Assembly: GCA_012295275.1 (NCBI GenBank)
Contig: CM022668.1
Span: 1,488,001-1,552,000 of the forward strand
DNA from: Chrysomallon squamiferum
Lineage: Eukaryota > Animalia > Mollusca
Length of the DNA: 64,000 bases
Direction of reading: 5' to 3'
How positions within the stretch are numbered: the stretch's first letter is position 1; the number at the start of each line of letters is the position of its first letter. Below, in pieces: positions 1-13,000 of this stretch. A program made the position numbers and the translations under genes. Below the pieces are notes generated by a model. The model searched no databases. It had not been told where the DNA came from and worked only from the letters and a program-made list of their open reading frames with translations.

Positions 1-165
1 TTTCAAAATACAAAAACATTCTATATCTGTGATAAGTTACAATTCACAAAACTCAGGTATGGTTCATATGTGAGTTGCTGATGCTGGACAGTTCAATTTT
101 TTTCTTTTAATAATTGATTTTAAAGTTATGTAAGTGTTCCAAAATAAGTGTTTTTATTATTACAG

Positions 166-219
166 AGAGCTGGTGAAATGCCAAACACAAATCTAAAGAA
201 AGTTAAAACCAAGGAGCAG
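166..219 (+). CDS. IP3K: IP3 3-kinase exon (RAGEMPNTNLKKVKTKEQ)
   Basis: tacag acceptor, CAG|gtattt donor, 54 nt. Confidence 0.8.
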
Positions 220-1474
220 GTATTTTAATTTTAATAATTTTTTTTTTTTAAACTTTGATCTATAGTTACTGTTCTTTGGTGTATTCCATTATATAACTAG
301 TGAAAACAAATGTAATTATACTATTCACAGTCATATTTCAGAGTAAAATCAAAAATATTTTTATCTATAATATTTTTTTTTCCTTCATGGTAATTGTAGA
401 AGCAAATATGTAAAACAAATTAAATTTGTGAAACACAGGGAAATGGATTATTTTCAGTAAAATCATTTTAGAATAGATCACTGCAATTTTCATGATTATA
501 CACAAAAGTGATTTTGAAAAGTCTACTTGTATAATGAATATCTGCTGTGTATTTCTAGTTAAATGTTTGGCACTTAAACTTTGTAGACACTTTTTTTGTA
601 ATCTTTTCACTTTTTAAAATGTAATCAAGGAGTTTTTTGTTTCCTTTTTAGGTAGCAAAAGTTATCACACAGTTTTTAGGGTCAAGCAAAGCATTGCCAG
701 CAATATATCATCGTCTCTGTGATATAAGACATAGATTTGAAAGTTCACAGTTTTTCACTACACATGAGGTAAATATTATTAATGAAAAATTAAGTTACAA
801 GTACTTGTAGTTTCAGTGAAAACAAACATAGTAATTATATTATAGGCTATTCCTTTGTGCTGTAGAATACTAATTTATCAAATTAAAGCCAAAACTTAAA
901 TTTTCTCCATTATTAAAAATCTACCAAAAAAAAATAAAAAATGATATGAAATTTTCAAAAGTCTGTGCATATAAATTCAAAGATAAAAAAAAAAAAATCA
1001 TAAAAATCTTGGATGTGTGAACTGATTCATTTAATGATACATTTAATTTTGTATGTTTATTTTAGATTATTGGAAGTTCACTGCTTATTATGTATGACAA
1101 AAATGATAAATCAGGTGTTTGGATGATAGACTTTGCCAAAACAATTCCAGTAGAAGCAGGAATGGTTTTAAATCACCGATCACCATGGCAACTAGGCAAC
1201 CATGAAGATGGTTATCTGAATGGATTGGATAGTTTGATAGAAGTGAGGCTTTATTTATTATTTATTTTATTTTTAAAGAAGATAATGTTTATATCTGTGA
1301 AGTCTAGATTTTTCTATGAAGATTGTTTACTATTAAAACGAAGAAGATAAAATATATTAATAATCAGTATTTTATAAGCTGTTTATTCACTGATTGTTTT
1401 ATTAAAGTTTATTTTCTTTTGTTTAGATTTGTGAAGATTTGCTTAGAGAGCAGAATTCAAATATAACGACTTGA
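166..1474 (+). CDS. IP3K: Inositol 1,4,5-trisphosphate 3-kinase (IPK superfamily), 3' part; exons 166-219, 652-768, 1066-1242, 1427-1474; 5' end outside window
   Basis: Spliced translation RAGEMPNTNLKKVKTKEQ|VAKVITQF...FFTTHE|IIGSSLLIMYD...WMIDFAKT...NHEDGYLNGLDSLIE|ICEDLLREQNSNITT*. All introns GT-AG, phase 0. Hallmark IP3K motifs SSLL, IDFxKT, EDGYLxG. Confidence 0.93.
652..768 (+). CDS. IP3K: IP3 3-kinase exon (VAKVITQF...FFTTHE)
   Basis: ttttag acceptor, GAG|gtaaat donor, 117 nt; FFxxHE precedes the SSLL motif. Confidence 0.9.
1066..1242 (+). CDS. IP3K: IP3 3-kinase catalytic exon (IIGSSLL...IDFAKT...EDGYLNG)
   Basis: ttttag acceptor, GAA|gtgagg donor, 177 nt; catalytic motifs. Confidence 0.95.
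1427..1474 (+). CDS. IP3K: IP3 3-kinase terminal coding exon (ICEDLLREQNSNITT*)
   Basis: gtttag acceptor, TGA at 1472-1474. Confidence 0.8.
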   Translation: MCEDLLREQNSNITT

Positions 1475-4069
1475 AAATAAGACTGTTTTTACGAGGTCAT
1501 TTTCTAACACCAGGAACAAATGTGTCAAGGAGAAATGAATTTTGGTTGACTGTGTTTTGCAGCAGATGCATTTTGTTACGTTGTTTTGTTGACCAAGTTT
1601 CAGTTTGTGTGCAGTGACCATTCCTGCTAGCAGCTCATTATTCCATAAGAAAAGGAAGTTCTGGATGATTCCCATGGATTTTCTATTACAGAAACAACAG
1701 TTTTCTACCTCGTGTCATCTGAGATAAGGCAAGAAAATAAACTACTGCATCATTGTTATAAACAGCATACTGAACTTAAGATATATTTATATTTAGTAAC
1801 CTTTATTTTAAGTCTCCTACGTTCATGAATGAAAGCTTCTTTCACAATCACCCAAGTGGTTGTCTGTTTTTGTTTTGTTTTCTGAAACTGTAGACATTTT
1901 AAGTTATTTAACTATTCTTATTAAATATCGTGAAGTTTCGCTGGTTCCTGAAATCATTGTCAATTGATTGTTACAGTTTTGTTTTTACATTCTTATTTGT
2001 AACTTGTGTAAGACTATTTAATTTACTGATTTTAAAAACCGAAACTTTTTATTTCTAAATTTCATAGTTAAAATATTTTAGTGAGACAGTTAGTTATTAT
2101 TACATTTTAAAAATTATTCCATGACCATTGAATAATTGAAGTGGAATTTAAAATTAAAATAAATTTTTAAAAAAACCCAAAAACAAAAACATTTTTTTTA
2201 TATTTTATATTATATTTTTGTATGATACTACACCTAATCATTCCCTTTTATAAAAATAACTGTTATATATTTATTTGTGAACATTATTTGTTTAAATGTT
2301 TGATTCATAACACTACTGGAACAAAATATAAAAGTGCCAAACTTGTTTAATGGTTTTTAAAATAACTAAATCGTTGTTTTAACAAAGCATTATAGTGTAT
2401 TTTCTTACTTGTTATTATTACTAAGAATTAGTATTTGTAACTTTGTCATTCTTAGAGCCGATACCATTATAGTTCTAATATTTATGTCTGAAATTATATA
2501 TATGCGATATCATCTCCATTATAATTTTTATCTGACGAAATTCCAAGAAGAAGAATGTTTCACCAGCATAGAAAACTATGACATCACACATTTTAAAGTT
2601 ACTGTAAAATATCATCACAGTTTAGAGAAAGTCTCTTTTCCATACAAATGAAAGAAATTGTCACCGTTGTCATGACAAACAGGAAAAAGGATTAAAATAG
2701 AATTTGTAATATACCTAAGCTTAAAACAATGAATAACAAGAGCAAAACTATCTAGAATCCATATTAGAATTTATTGTTAAGTATACAGGAGAATAATTTT
2801 CAGATATAAATGAAGATGTACAGTGTTTCTATAACTAAATAACTCAACAAAACAAATATTTATTTTTTGGTACTTTGCTATTGGATCTAAGTGAAATCAA
2901 TTGTTCTTTCTGAGAATACACAGTAATTGTTATTGTAATATGATTGATAATTTAGATTGTTATTGTACATGTCTGACAAAACTAATAAATAAAGCTAGTG
3001 TTTACTGATTGCTTCCCTGAGAATGTTTAGTTATTTTCTAAACAAAATTTTTTATTGCAAAAGGAAATTTTATTTTGTACTTTGAAAACTCAAGTTTCAG
3101 GAAATTTGATATTCCATTTCCAGTTTACAAAATACATATTAAATTTTATAACATGCCTACATGCAAGGTCAGATTTGAAATCCTTGACCACTTCTTTTTC
3201 CAGTGATGTAAAGTTTGTCTATTTAGATTATATATATACACATGTAATGTTAATAACTAGTCTTGTATATCATCCTTGCTGGCTGGTCCAGTTACATATA
3301 TATAAATTTAATATATAAATTTGCTTTTGCTTTCATAATATCATACTTCAGTTATAATTTCAAATTAGAAATGTGTAATGTTTTTATTTACAATATATTG
3401 GGCTTGAGGTGTGTTTAAAGCTATCTATCTATCTGTCTAGAAATCAGGTACTATTGAAATAAGTGTAGTTTTACAAAACAGAGAGCAAAACATCCAACAA
3501 ACTTTGATAGCTTTTGTAACAACTCTTTAACCAGCTTGGCTGACACCCATTCAGTGATGTACTTTTCACGTTACTGCTCTTGTATGTTTAATTCTGGGTT
3601 ACAGTTTCTTTTTGATTGGTCATAAAAGTGTGTAGTTGAAATTTAGGAGTTATCTTTCTTTATTCATCTACTGTTCATATTTAATTAACCCCTTTTGATG
3701 TAGTCATTGAAATGTTTTTAATTTTTTTTTAACACACACGTACACAACACACATACAAAAGACACACACAGCATACAGTCACACTCAAATTAATCAGTCT
3801 TTTACTAAATTGTAATAAAATACATGTATATTTTTTCAGGTAATAAATGTAATACTGTTTTGTATCATACGTTGTAGTCCCAGGTGAAACCAGTGATTAA
3901 AAACTTTTACTGTAACCGATCTTAATAAAAAATTTCCTTTAACAATACATACAGATGCCTGATATTTATTAGGATAAATCCAAATTACTTGTTTCATCTG
4001 TATTTTGTTAATTACACAGTCTAATATAAAATGGCAACTATGTGAGATTTTAATTTACATAATCAGTTT

Positions 4070-4101
<32 letters not shown>

Positions 4102-4568
4102 GTAAAAAATATAATAGAAAATGTTTTTAAAATTATACTTTAAAGTAACAACATTTTGTTTGTTCATGTCTGTAAGATTTTTCTCTGTAACCAAAGTGAT
4201 ATTATTATACAAAAAAAAATTAATATCAAAATGTCCAGCGATACACTGGTATTTTAGAATAAATGAATTACAAACTTCCATGTTAAAATGTGGTTGACAG
4301 GGTTATTTGGATTGTCTAGTGAGTTCAAGCTATATTATTTTGTGTCCAGTTTCAATTTATAATAGTGAAAATAACAACAACAACAACAACAACATGTTTT
4401 ATGATCATTAGCTGAAAATGATTAAGAAAAAATACGACGGGTATAAAGATACATTAATAATCAGTTTGGGTTTTATCCCGACACAGTACATATATACATA
4501 TGAATAAGTCTAATATTTTACACATTACACATTTTAAAATATTTTGCTGACACTGTACTTTGACAAAT

Positions 4569-4600
<32 letters not shown>

Positions 4601-6853
4601 TTATATTTATTTTGCCAGTGAATATCAGACAGATAAAACATTTAAATATTGATGGGTTTTTTTGCTGTTCTTTTGTCATGTTTTTGTTTTTCATGCATTG
4701 CTTTGTTGTTTTCTAAGCAGGTAATTTGCCATATCTGTAATTAAAACAATACATTTCTGTTCTTGTGTTTGTCTTTCTGTATACAAAACTAATTTGTGTT
4801 TGGAGATAGGTAAGATCAAACTCCATTTTTTTTCCCCTCTTTTTTTTTAAAGAAGAAAATATAAATTTTCATTTACATCAGGAAATTTAAAGAAATGTAA
4901 AATCATTAGATTTTAATGAGTCAGTTTATTACAGATGAGGAAAACAAAGAAATTGCTTTGGAAGTTCTGTAGCAATTAATTCTCAACAATCAATTTCTCC
5001 TGGTGTTCCTACTGCCTTGTTAGATGCATCCAGTAAATCTGTTTGATCTTGGTCTGTTTAATGCAAATTACAGCATAATCAAATTTCAAACTCAAAATGT
5101 ATTTATTAATTGTATACTGTGGGATATTTGGTACCAATTTCTTTATAAGGTCTTTGCCACTCTACAATGGTATTGAAACAGAAGACAACCATTTAAAATT
5201 TTCCATATATGTTTTAATATGCTGATATAATCACATAATGTTTTGTACATGATGACAATGATGATGATGATAAACTAAGATATGAAAATATTTTAACATT
5301 CCATACAAGATCTATGCCTTACTAATTATAAAAATATTTTTTTTTTGCCTGAATGTCTCAAAATATTATAGACTTAAATAATAATCTTATTACAGGTGCC
5401 TAATGTTTGCCAGAAAATTGTGCAAATATATCTCCCCTGTGTTATTACTAATAAATATAATTTAATAATAATAATAATAATAATAATAATAGGATTAGTA
5501 TATACATCAAAATCATGTTTTCAATAATATTTCTTTTCTGAACTTAATCTATAGCATAAGCAATATTAAAAATTTAAGTTTTTAAACATCAGTTTATACT
5601 TAATTAAAATTTCCGAGATGATGTTGTACCAAGAACTTGATGAAAATTATAATTTGAAGTAATGTACTGCATACATTTTTTAAACAAAAGAATAAATTCT
5701 TTTGATCTGAAAACTTAAAAATGGCAGTTAAAAAGTAATAAACATGAAAGAATGACTGATGAAAAACATGTAAATATATTAATTCCCAAACATTTTAGAT
5801 TATTTAAAAAAGTGTTTTCATTTAAATGGAATGTTTAATAGTAGACTTAACTCCAAGTTAGTAAACATTTATAAAGTTTTTTTGAATGGCCTAACCAATA
5901 TATATTTCAGATGTAACTTTAAAAACAAAAAAGTTTTTTGTTAAGATGAAGTTATTTTTCTAATCTTATTAAGGTGCCTATGAAAATATAATTTTTTATC
6001 CATTCAGAAAACAAACATTTTATTACATAAATAGAAAATGGTTACTGGAAATAGCATCATCTAAAAATGTCATATATAATTTAGTACTTGCATACATTTA
6101 ATAATTTTAAAGCTTATTAGAAATTATATTTGGACCCTGTACCCTAATAAAAGAATTTAAAAAATAATAATTTAAAAAATGATGGAAATGCAAATAAATA
6201 TTTGCTAGATGATAAACTACTCCAATGATATATATAATCTCCAGTTTGATTAATGGCTTATAAATGCAGTATAAAACTTGGAATGTTTAACTTGTGTAAA
6301 TATAATATCTATGATATCTGTCATAATTTAAAATTACATATTGCTGTTAGAAAGTGAGACGTTCACAGTTGAGATCTCACCAGTAAAATTCCATAGACAG
6401 CTTACTAGTAATGCTACAGTTAGGTAATGCTTACAAACATCCAGTGTTTGCTTTGTAGCATTTCAAAATAAACATTGGTAAGACATTTTTGTTACAAGTT
6501 TTTAGCAAATGAACATCTAACCATTCTTGAGAATGAGTTTTAATGTTAGAAATGATTTCACATTTCTCAGCATGCCAAATACTACCCAAACACCCACATA
6601 AACATTAAAACATTTATATCCAATCTTTTTTATTTTTATTTGTTGAATAGATTTAAACCAACCAATGTAAAAACTGTCATTTTTGTTTCCCATCTTGTAA
6701 TATTTTTATCACTATATTTACATAAATTGTTTTTCTTTTAATGAGCTTTAGCTGAAGGTATTTCAGTCCAACCAGTGGACAAAATTATTTTTAAAATTTC
6801 TTTAAGTAACATTTTCTAAATGGTCTTTGGTTGACATGCATTTGATACAGAAA

Positions 6854-7197
6854 TTATCTCCAGCCAGTGGGAGGAGCTTTTGGCTGAGTAGGAGTGGAAG
6901 GCAATCTGCGAGTTCTCATCCCCTTCGTTGGAGTTGTGCTTCCAGGTCTCTGTGGGGTTGATGTGGTCCGAGGAGAGAACGGTGTTGTAGGGGTGGTTGG
7001 TCTTGATCGTGGCGTCGACCCAAACGATGAGGTTGGGGTTGGAGTTTTTGATCTCTGAACGTAGCTACTAGAATTTCTTCTTGGTGTAGATGAACTTTGA
7101 CCTGGTGTCGGAGTTCGTGGGTTTCTGTTCTGGTTTGATGCTAGACTGGATGATGATGAACTGATTCGTTTTGATCGACTCAGACTTCCAGTCGATC
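6854..7197 (-). CDS. MACF1: Spectraplakin last exon, S/T/P/R-rich tail ending [18 protein letters not shown]
   Basis: tgtag acceptor, 344 nt, TAA at 6856-6854. Confidence 0.88.
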
Positions 7198-9985
7198 CTA
7201 CATAAACAAAATTACATTAGATTTTAAACACTACATACTCAGCTGCAATAGAAGTCAAAGATTAGATTTTGGTGAGAAAGTAACAGTGTAGCAGAGGTAT
7301 TCCATTAATATAAAAACAAAATATTTTAAATTATTTTAACATTTGTTCCAAAACTGAATTACATATTATAAAATCAATGTAATTATATGGATATACATAT
7401 AGATATATAAAAAGTATGTGATATAAAGTAACTGAACTGAAACCTCATGGATAAATAAATGATTATCAATATGAATGCGTACTGAATATAAAGCAAATAT
7501 GTGGATATCTGTTACTGCAGCAGCCAGCTGTCTGGTATATGACTGATATAAAATACAGTAAAGCACAAAGCCTGACAAAAATCATTAAACTGATATATAC
7601 ATTTCTTTATAAATTATTTTCTTTTGTTCGTTCTTTTTCCCTTCATATATTGAAAATATAAATAAAATATAATGAATGTAATTTTATTTGAAATGTATTT
7701 ACAAGTAAACTAACAAAAGGTGAATAATAACTGTGCATGAACATCAGTGCTATAACACTCAGTATTAAAAACTCAGTTAGAGCAAACAAAAATTAATGAT
7801 TTAATTTTAAATCAGAAATAATAGTAGTCTGGTTTTTTTTAGCCTAAATACTATATATGCCCAGTTTTCTCTAAATAATATTGTGGCCCTAACTTTTTAT
7901 CTGCATCCAAAATAATATTGAAAGCCTGACATTTTTATCACAAATAATATGAAAGTCTCCAATGTTTTGTTCATCCCATACATATTATAGCCCTAACCTT
8001 TTGTTTTCTATACTTCAAACAAGATTCAAATCTCTAAAGCAATTATTAATCATTCTATAGGAGGAATATTTGAAATTATTTTATTTATTTTTTTATAGAT
8101 TCCAAAGAACTAACAAATAATGGAAAAGTATAATCCAAAATAGCCAGCCATGTAATTAGTTAACAGTTTTTAATCACAATGTCGCAATGATTTGCTGCAG
8201 ATTTGAAGAGAGGTGTACTCAATAATTAAATTAATAAATATTCTGAGCAATAAAACAAAATAGAAAAATCACATGGAAGATGTCTGAAGATGAGGATGCT
8301 ACCTACCAAACTCTGGTTTTTTATTCAGGGTAGAATTAGCAGATGCATGTGATGATAGGTTTACCATGGATGAGGTGATACGACTACGTCTTAATGAGGA
8401 GTCTGCAGAACTTCCTGCTGAAACAGTAAACACCCTTCAAAATGAGGCAATGTATACCCCAGTCTCGGATATTTAGTTAAAATGTATCAAGCAACAGTGT
8501 GAATTTAAGTCCTCCGTTTTCAAATTCTAATTAAAAATGTTTAAATTTTGTATTTAAAACCTCCCCAAAACCATCCATTAGTAATGAGAATTATTTAAAA
8601 TAATGCAATTTTGACAATGTGTAAAGGGCCTATGCCAAAAATGGGGCATGGCTGCTGATGATGTTAAATTTAGTTAAGTGATGTGAATTAGTATATTCAC
8701 ACACAAAAACAATGACAACACTAAATTTGAACAATTTAAGTTTTTTTTTTTTTGAATAATAGATAAAATAATAATAATAATAATAAAAATATAGTGACTC
8801 TTGCTTGACACAAATACTTTAATAGACATTCAAATATGCACAAAATATCAATATATCCTACATACACAAACACCCAGCCTAGTAACCAATACATGCAATT
8901 ATTAAAACAAATTAAACAAAGGATTGTTATACATGCAATAAATGTATTAAAACTGAGCAGCCAAGGTATGTTAAGTACACAAAGCCATGTAATAACAGTG
9001 TTATAGCATGCCGTTTTTAATTAATTAGTTTATTTTATTAACATGCATAACAGAAATCAACACAAACAAAACCAGTGTCAACAGAAATACAAAAGTACAT
9101 CAAATTTAAAAGTTCTAAAATGCTGTGCTTCTGAAATCAACAGTCATTTCAGTGAGTGTTTGTTTCTTGAGGCAATTTATGTATTTAATTTTGAAGCTAT
9201 TAAACAATTAATATTATATTTTATAATTAATTTACTTTTAATTATTTTCAAACTGATTCATATAAATTTCTAAGTGTGAGTTCTTTCAGATATTATTGGC
9301 TTGAGCCTACCCAGTGAGATTTGATCCATCCTGTTAATTTTTTAATAATTACTTACTTGCATACTTTTTTTGGATACTTTTTCTTTTTATCAAAAAGACA
9401 TTATTTATTTTAATATCAGACCATAAAAAATAACTGTTTCAATATTGTTTTTCTCAATTTTCCTAACTGACAATTAAAAATGGAGGCTGATATTTTGAAA
9501 ATTAGAAAACTAGAAAGAAATTAAAATTTTAATTTTCAGTAACGAAAAAAGTGATTCTAAAAATGTGTGAAGATGTAGACAGTGTGTGTTTATTTCTAAC
9601 AGGTGCTGGTAACAACACAAAATGTGCTTCACTTTCAGTCTACCTGAAGAATTAGATGATGCATATCCGGTATCATTTTGTCTCCGTCTGGCACCTGTGG
9701 GGAAGGGGGAAATACTCCGCCCTGGTGTACTTCCCCTCCGTGGGGTAGAAGAGTTGATAGTTGGGGAAGAACCATCAGATAATAAGAGAGTGTCACGCAG
9801 ATCAAAGTTAGTCCTGCCTTTAGCTGTGAATGCAAATTGACGTACATAACAACACTGACCTACAGACAGCAGCTAACTCAAAAATCATACTTACTGATTT
9901 ATAATGTAATAGTACCTCACAATTTTTATTCATTCAGAAAACAAATATGAAAAAATGAAAATAATAATAATAAAATAAAATAAAA

Positions 9986-10056
<71 letters not shown>

Positions 10057-13000
10057 AATAAAATAAAATAAAATAAAATAAAATAAAATAAAATAAATAA
10101 ATAATAATTATTATTTTTTAAACATTGCACAGATTTATAGGCCAGGATATTGATATTTATGAAAAATGTCAAAGAAAATTTGCAACTTTCAGGTAACATC
10201 CAGAAATCATTTGTATTATATATTCATGAAATCATGATCCTTGATAAAACAGAAGTAAAATGCTGAATGGAAATAACATGTATGTTTTACTTTGACATCA
10301 TTACATGAAATAAATATATAAATATAAATGTAAATAAATATAAATATAAATAAGTGATAAATATTTGATTTGTATATGCAAAAAATGTTTATAATTATCT
10401 GATAGTTTTAGATTTCTAAGTCGGCCACTGTCTGATTCAACACATTAAAGCTATAAGCGAGCATAAAAAAAAATACCATTTCCTCATTTCAAATCTCTAA
10501 CCCTTTTAACCAAATAATCAATAATAAAAAAATTTCTAAAATAAATTCCCTTTTAGTCATAATTTTAAAGAAATTATTTCTTTTTAGGTAAGTAATTTTT
10601 TTTTTTTTTTTTTACCATTTTTATGTTAATAATGTTGTGACAGACAGTTGTTAACTCACTAAGGCAACTCTTAACAATAATTAAATATATCATTTAAGTC
10701 ATCTTTCTTACAGGAAAATATATACCACAGATTTGTGATATCATGTTATTCACAGGTGAGTACTGTGGATTTAAACAGTTGATGTATCCAAGAAATAATC
10801 AAAATTGAGGTTGAAGTAAACACAAACTTTACATCAATTTTCTTCTGTTAAAAAAAGTAACTATTAATAGTTGAAGCAGGCCAGTTCAGGGAACTGGATA
10901 TTTAAAACATACTGTTATGATATAAATGATAAGATAAATTATTTTTAGTATCTATGAGGTTGTTAACATGTAATTGGGAGTGGTTAGTTTATGTAAGGCT
11001 GTTAACTTTGGTTTTATTTTCAGGTAACAAAAATTTGTTCTGCTTTGCCTTTTTAAATACAAAGCTTATCAAATTGAAAGCTCTGACAGGGTTTAAAAAT
11101 AAAGTTAACAGCCATAACTACACAACGAGGGTTTGGAGTATAGTGAGGGTTTAAAAGCATTATGAACAAAAATAGAATAAAATCAATATATTGATAATAT
11201 CAGTATTCATAGTTTTTCCTGAAATAATAAATAAAATATGGTTTGCAAACTTTTTTAAACTTATAAAACTGTAAAATCTAACAGTAACAGATTATCATGA
11301 AGCCAGTCAATTTCTTCTTTAACAGATTTGCAGTCTTTCTCTTTAATATTTCAATTTTCTGTTCAAATACTGTTAATTAATAACTTCATTATTTTATTAG
11401 TTGAAATTACATTGTTAAAAATTGGTACTCTTTGCTTATGACTACCATGCAAACACACGTACACACAGACATACCTAAGCACCCACACAGACACACACAC
11501 ACAGTACTGAACACAATCCAAGCAACCACAGACATTTAAATGCTTATAAAACATATTTGGACTATATTTTTACGTACCTCGACATGGATCATTGGATTCC
11601 AAGAATTCTTCCAGAGTGATCCACCCCCCACCCACACGAACCATCACTGTACTGTTAAGAAACCTGACAAGTCTTATTTTCTGTGTCTCCCCAAACTGAA
11701 AATAAATAAACAACAATTCAACTCTTTTTAATTTCTCTGTCTGTCAAATAAAATGAAGAACAAATCAGTAATAATTACATTTTAAGCATTGTGTTGTTTA
11801 AGAATTTATTATTTTTCTTTTCTGGTAATAAATTTCACACACTTGAAAAATATGAAAAACATCAGTAAAATGTTGTCTTATTATCCCCCTCCACAGATAC
11901 ACATCACAAAATACACATACAGAGAGAGAGACAGCAACAGTTTAAAACTCTATAGCTATCACTGCTAAGTTAAACACACTTTTGTCAAAATATTAATTCC
12001 TAAATCTGAAACTATTAAAAAACTATAACAGAATTGCAATTATAAATACATTTATATTATTCTATTCCTGTGAAATTCTATTCTATCACTGTAAGATCTA
12101 TCACATGCTTAGATTAGTGAATCACAAATAGACAAATGCCCAGTAGACCTTTAGTGAATGTGATGTTATATATATATATATATATCAAATAATATTTTTT
12201 TTTATAGTGAATTGAAAATAAATCTGAAAATAATATTACAAACTGAAAAACAAAACAGGAAATAATAATAAAATGTGAACATCACTTGAAAGACAGAAGT
12301 GATGAACAAAAGAATCATCTTACATATTTCTTTGATTTGCTTAAAGTTGCTCCTTCAAACTGAAACGTCATAACTTGAGTTAAATAACTTATTTCCAAGT
12401 TATCATGACCAGAGTCATAAGTACATTTAATATCAGACAGCTAAATCATTTGTAACAGTATTCAAAATCTATATTAAAAAGGTGACACAACAAATGTTTT
12501 CTGATAGCTACTGTCACTTATAGACAATATTTAACATGATCTAAATTTATAAATGTAACACCAGATGGATAATTTGTCACTATTCTGTAATGCAGTTGTT
12601 AGACGTTTTAATACTTCCATATTTAAAAAAGTGACCCTGGATGGACAAGAAATCATGTGAAATTGTCATCAGGGATGTTTTCAACATTTCTGTTATTTTA
12701 AATATTGTGAGGACAAGGTGTATATTAATACTGTTATCATATCAACTATTTCCCAATCAACTATATATATAGTAAACTTAGACAAAATATGTTTAAAGTT
12801 ATTTTTCATGCTGTATCTTTGTTTTTATCCTATCTTTGGATATCCTAATTAATACACATACATACATATATATATAAAATAACGTTTACAGAGATATAAA
12901 TATTTCATAGCATTAACTGATATTTATCAAACTTACAGAATAATAAATAATACAAATATAAAGTACAGACAGACATACATACATACAGTAAAACTCTAAG

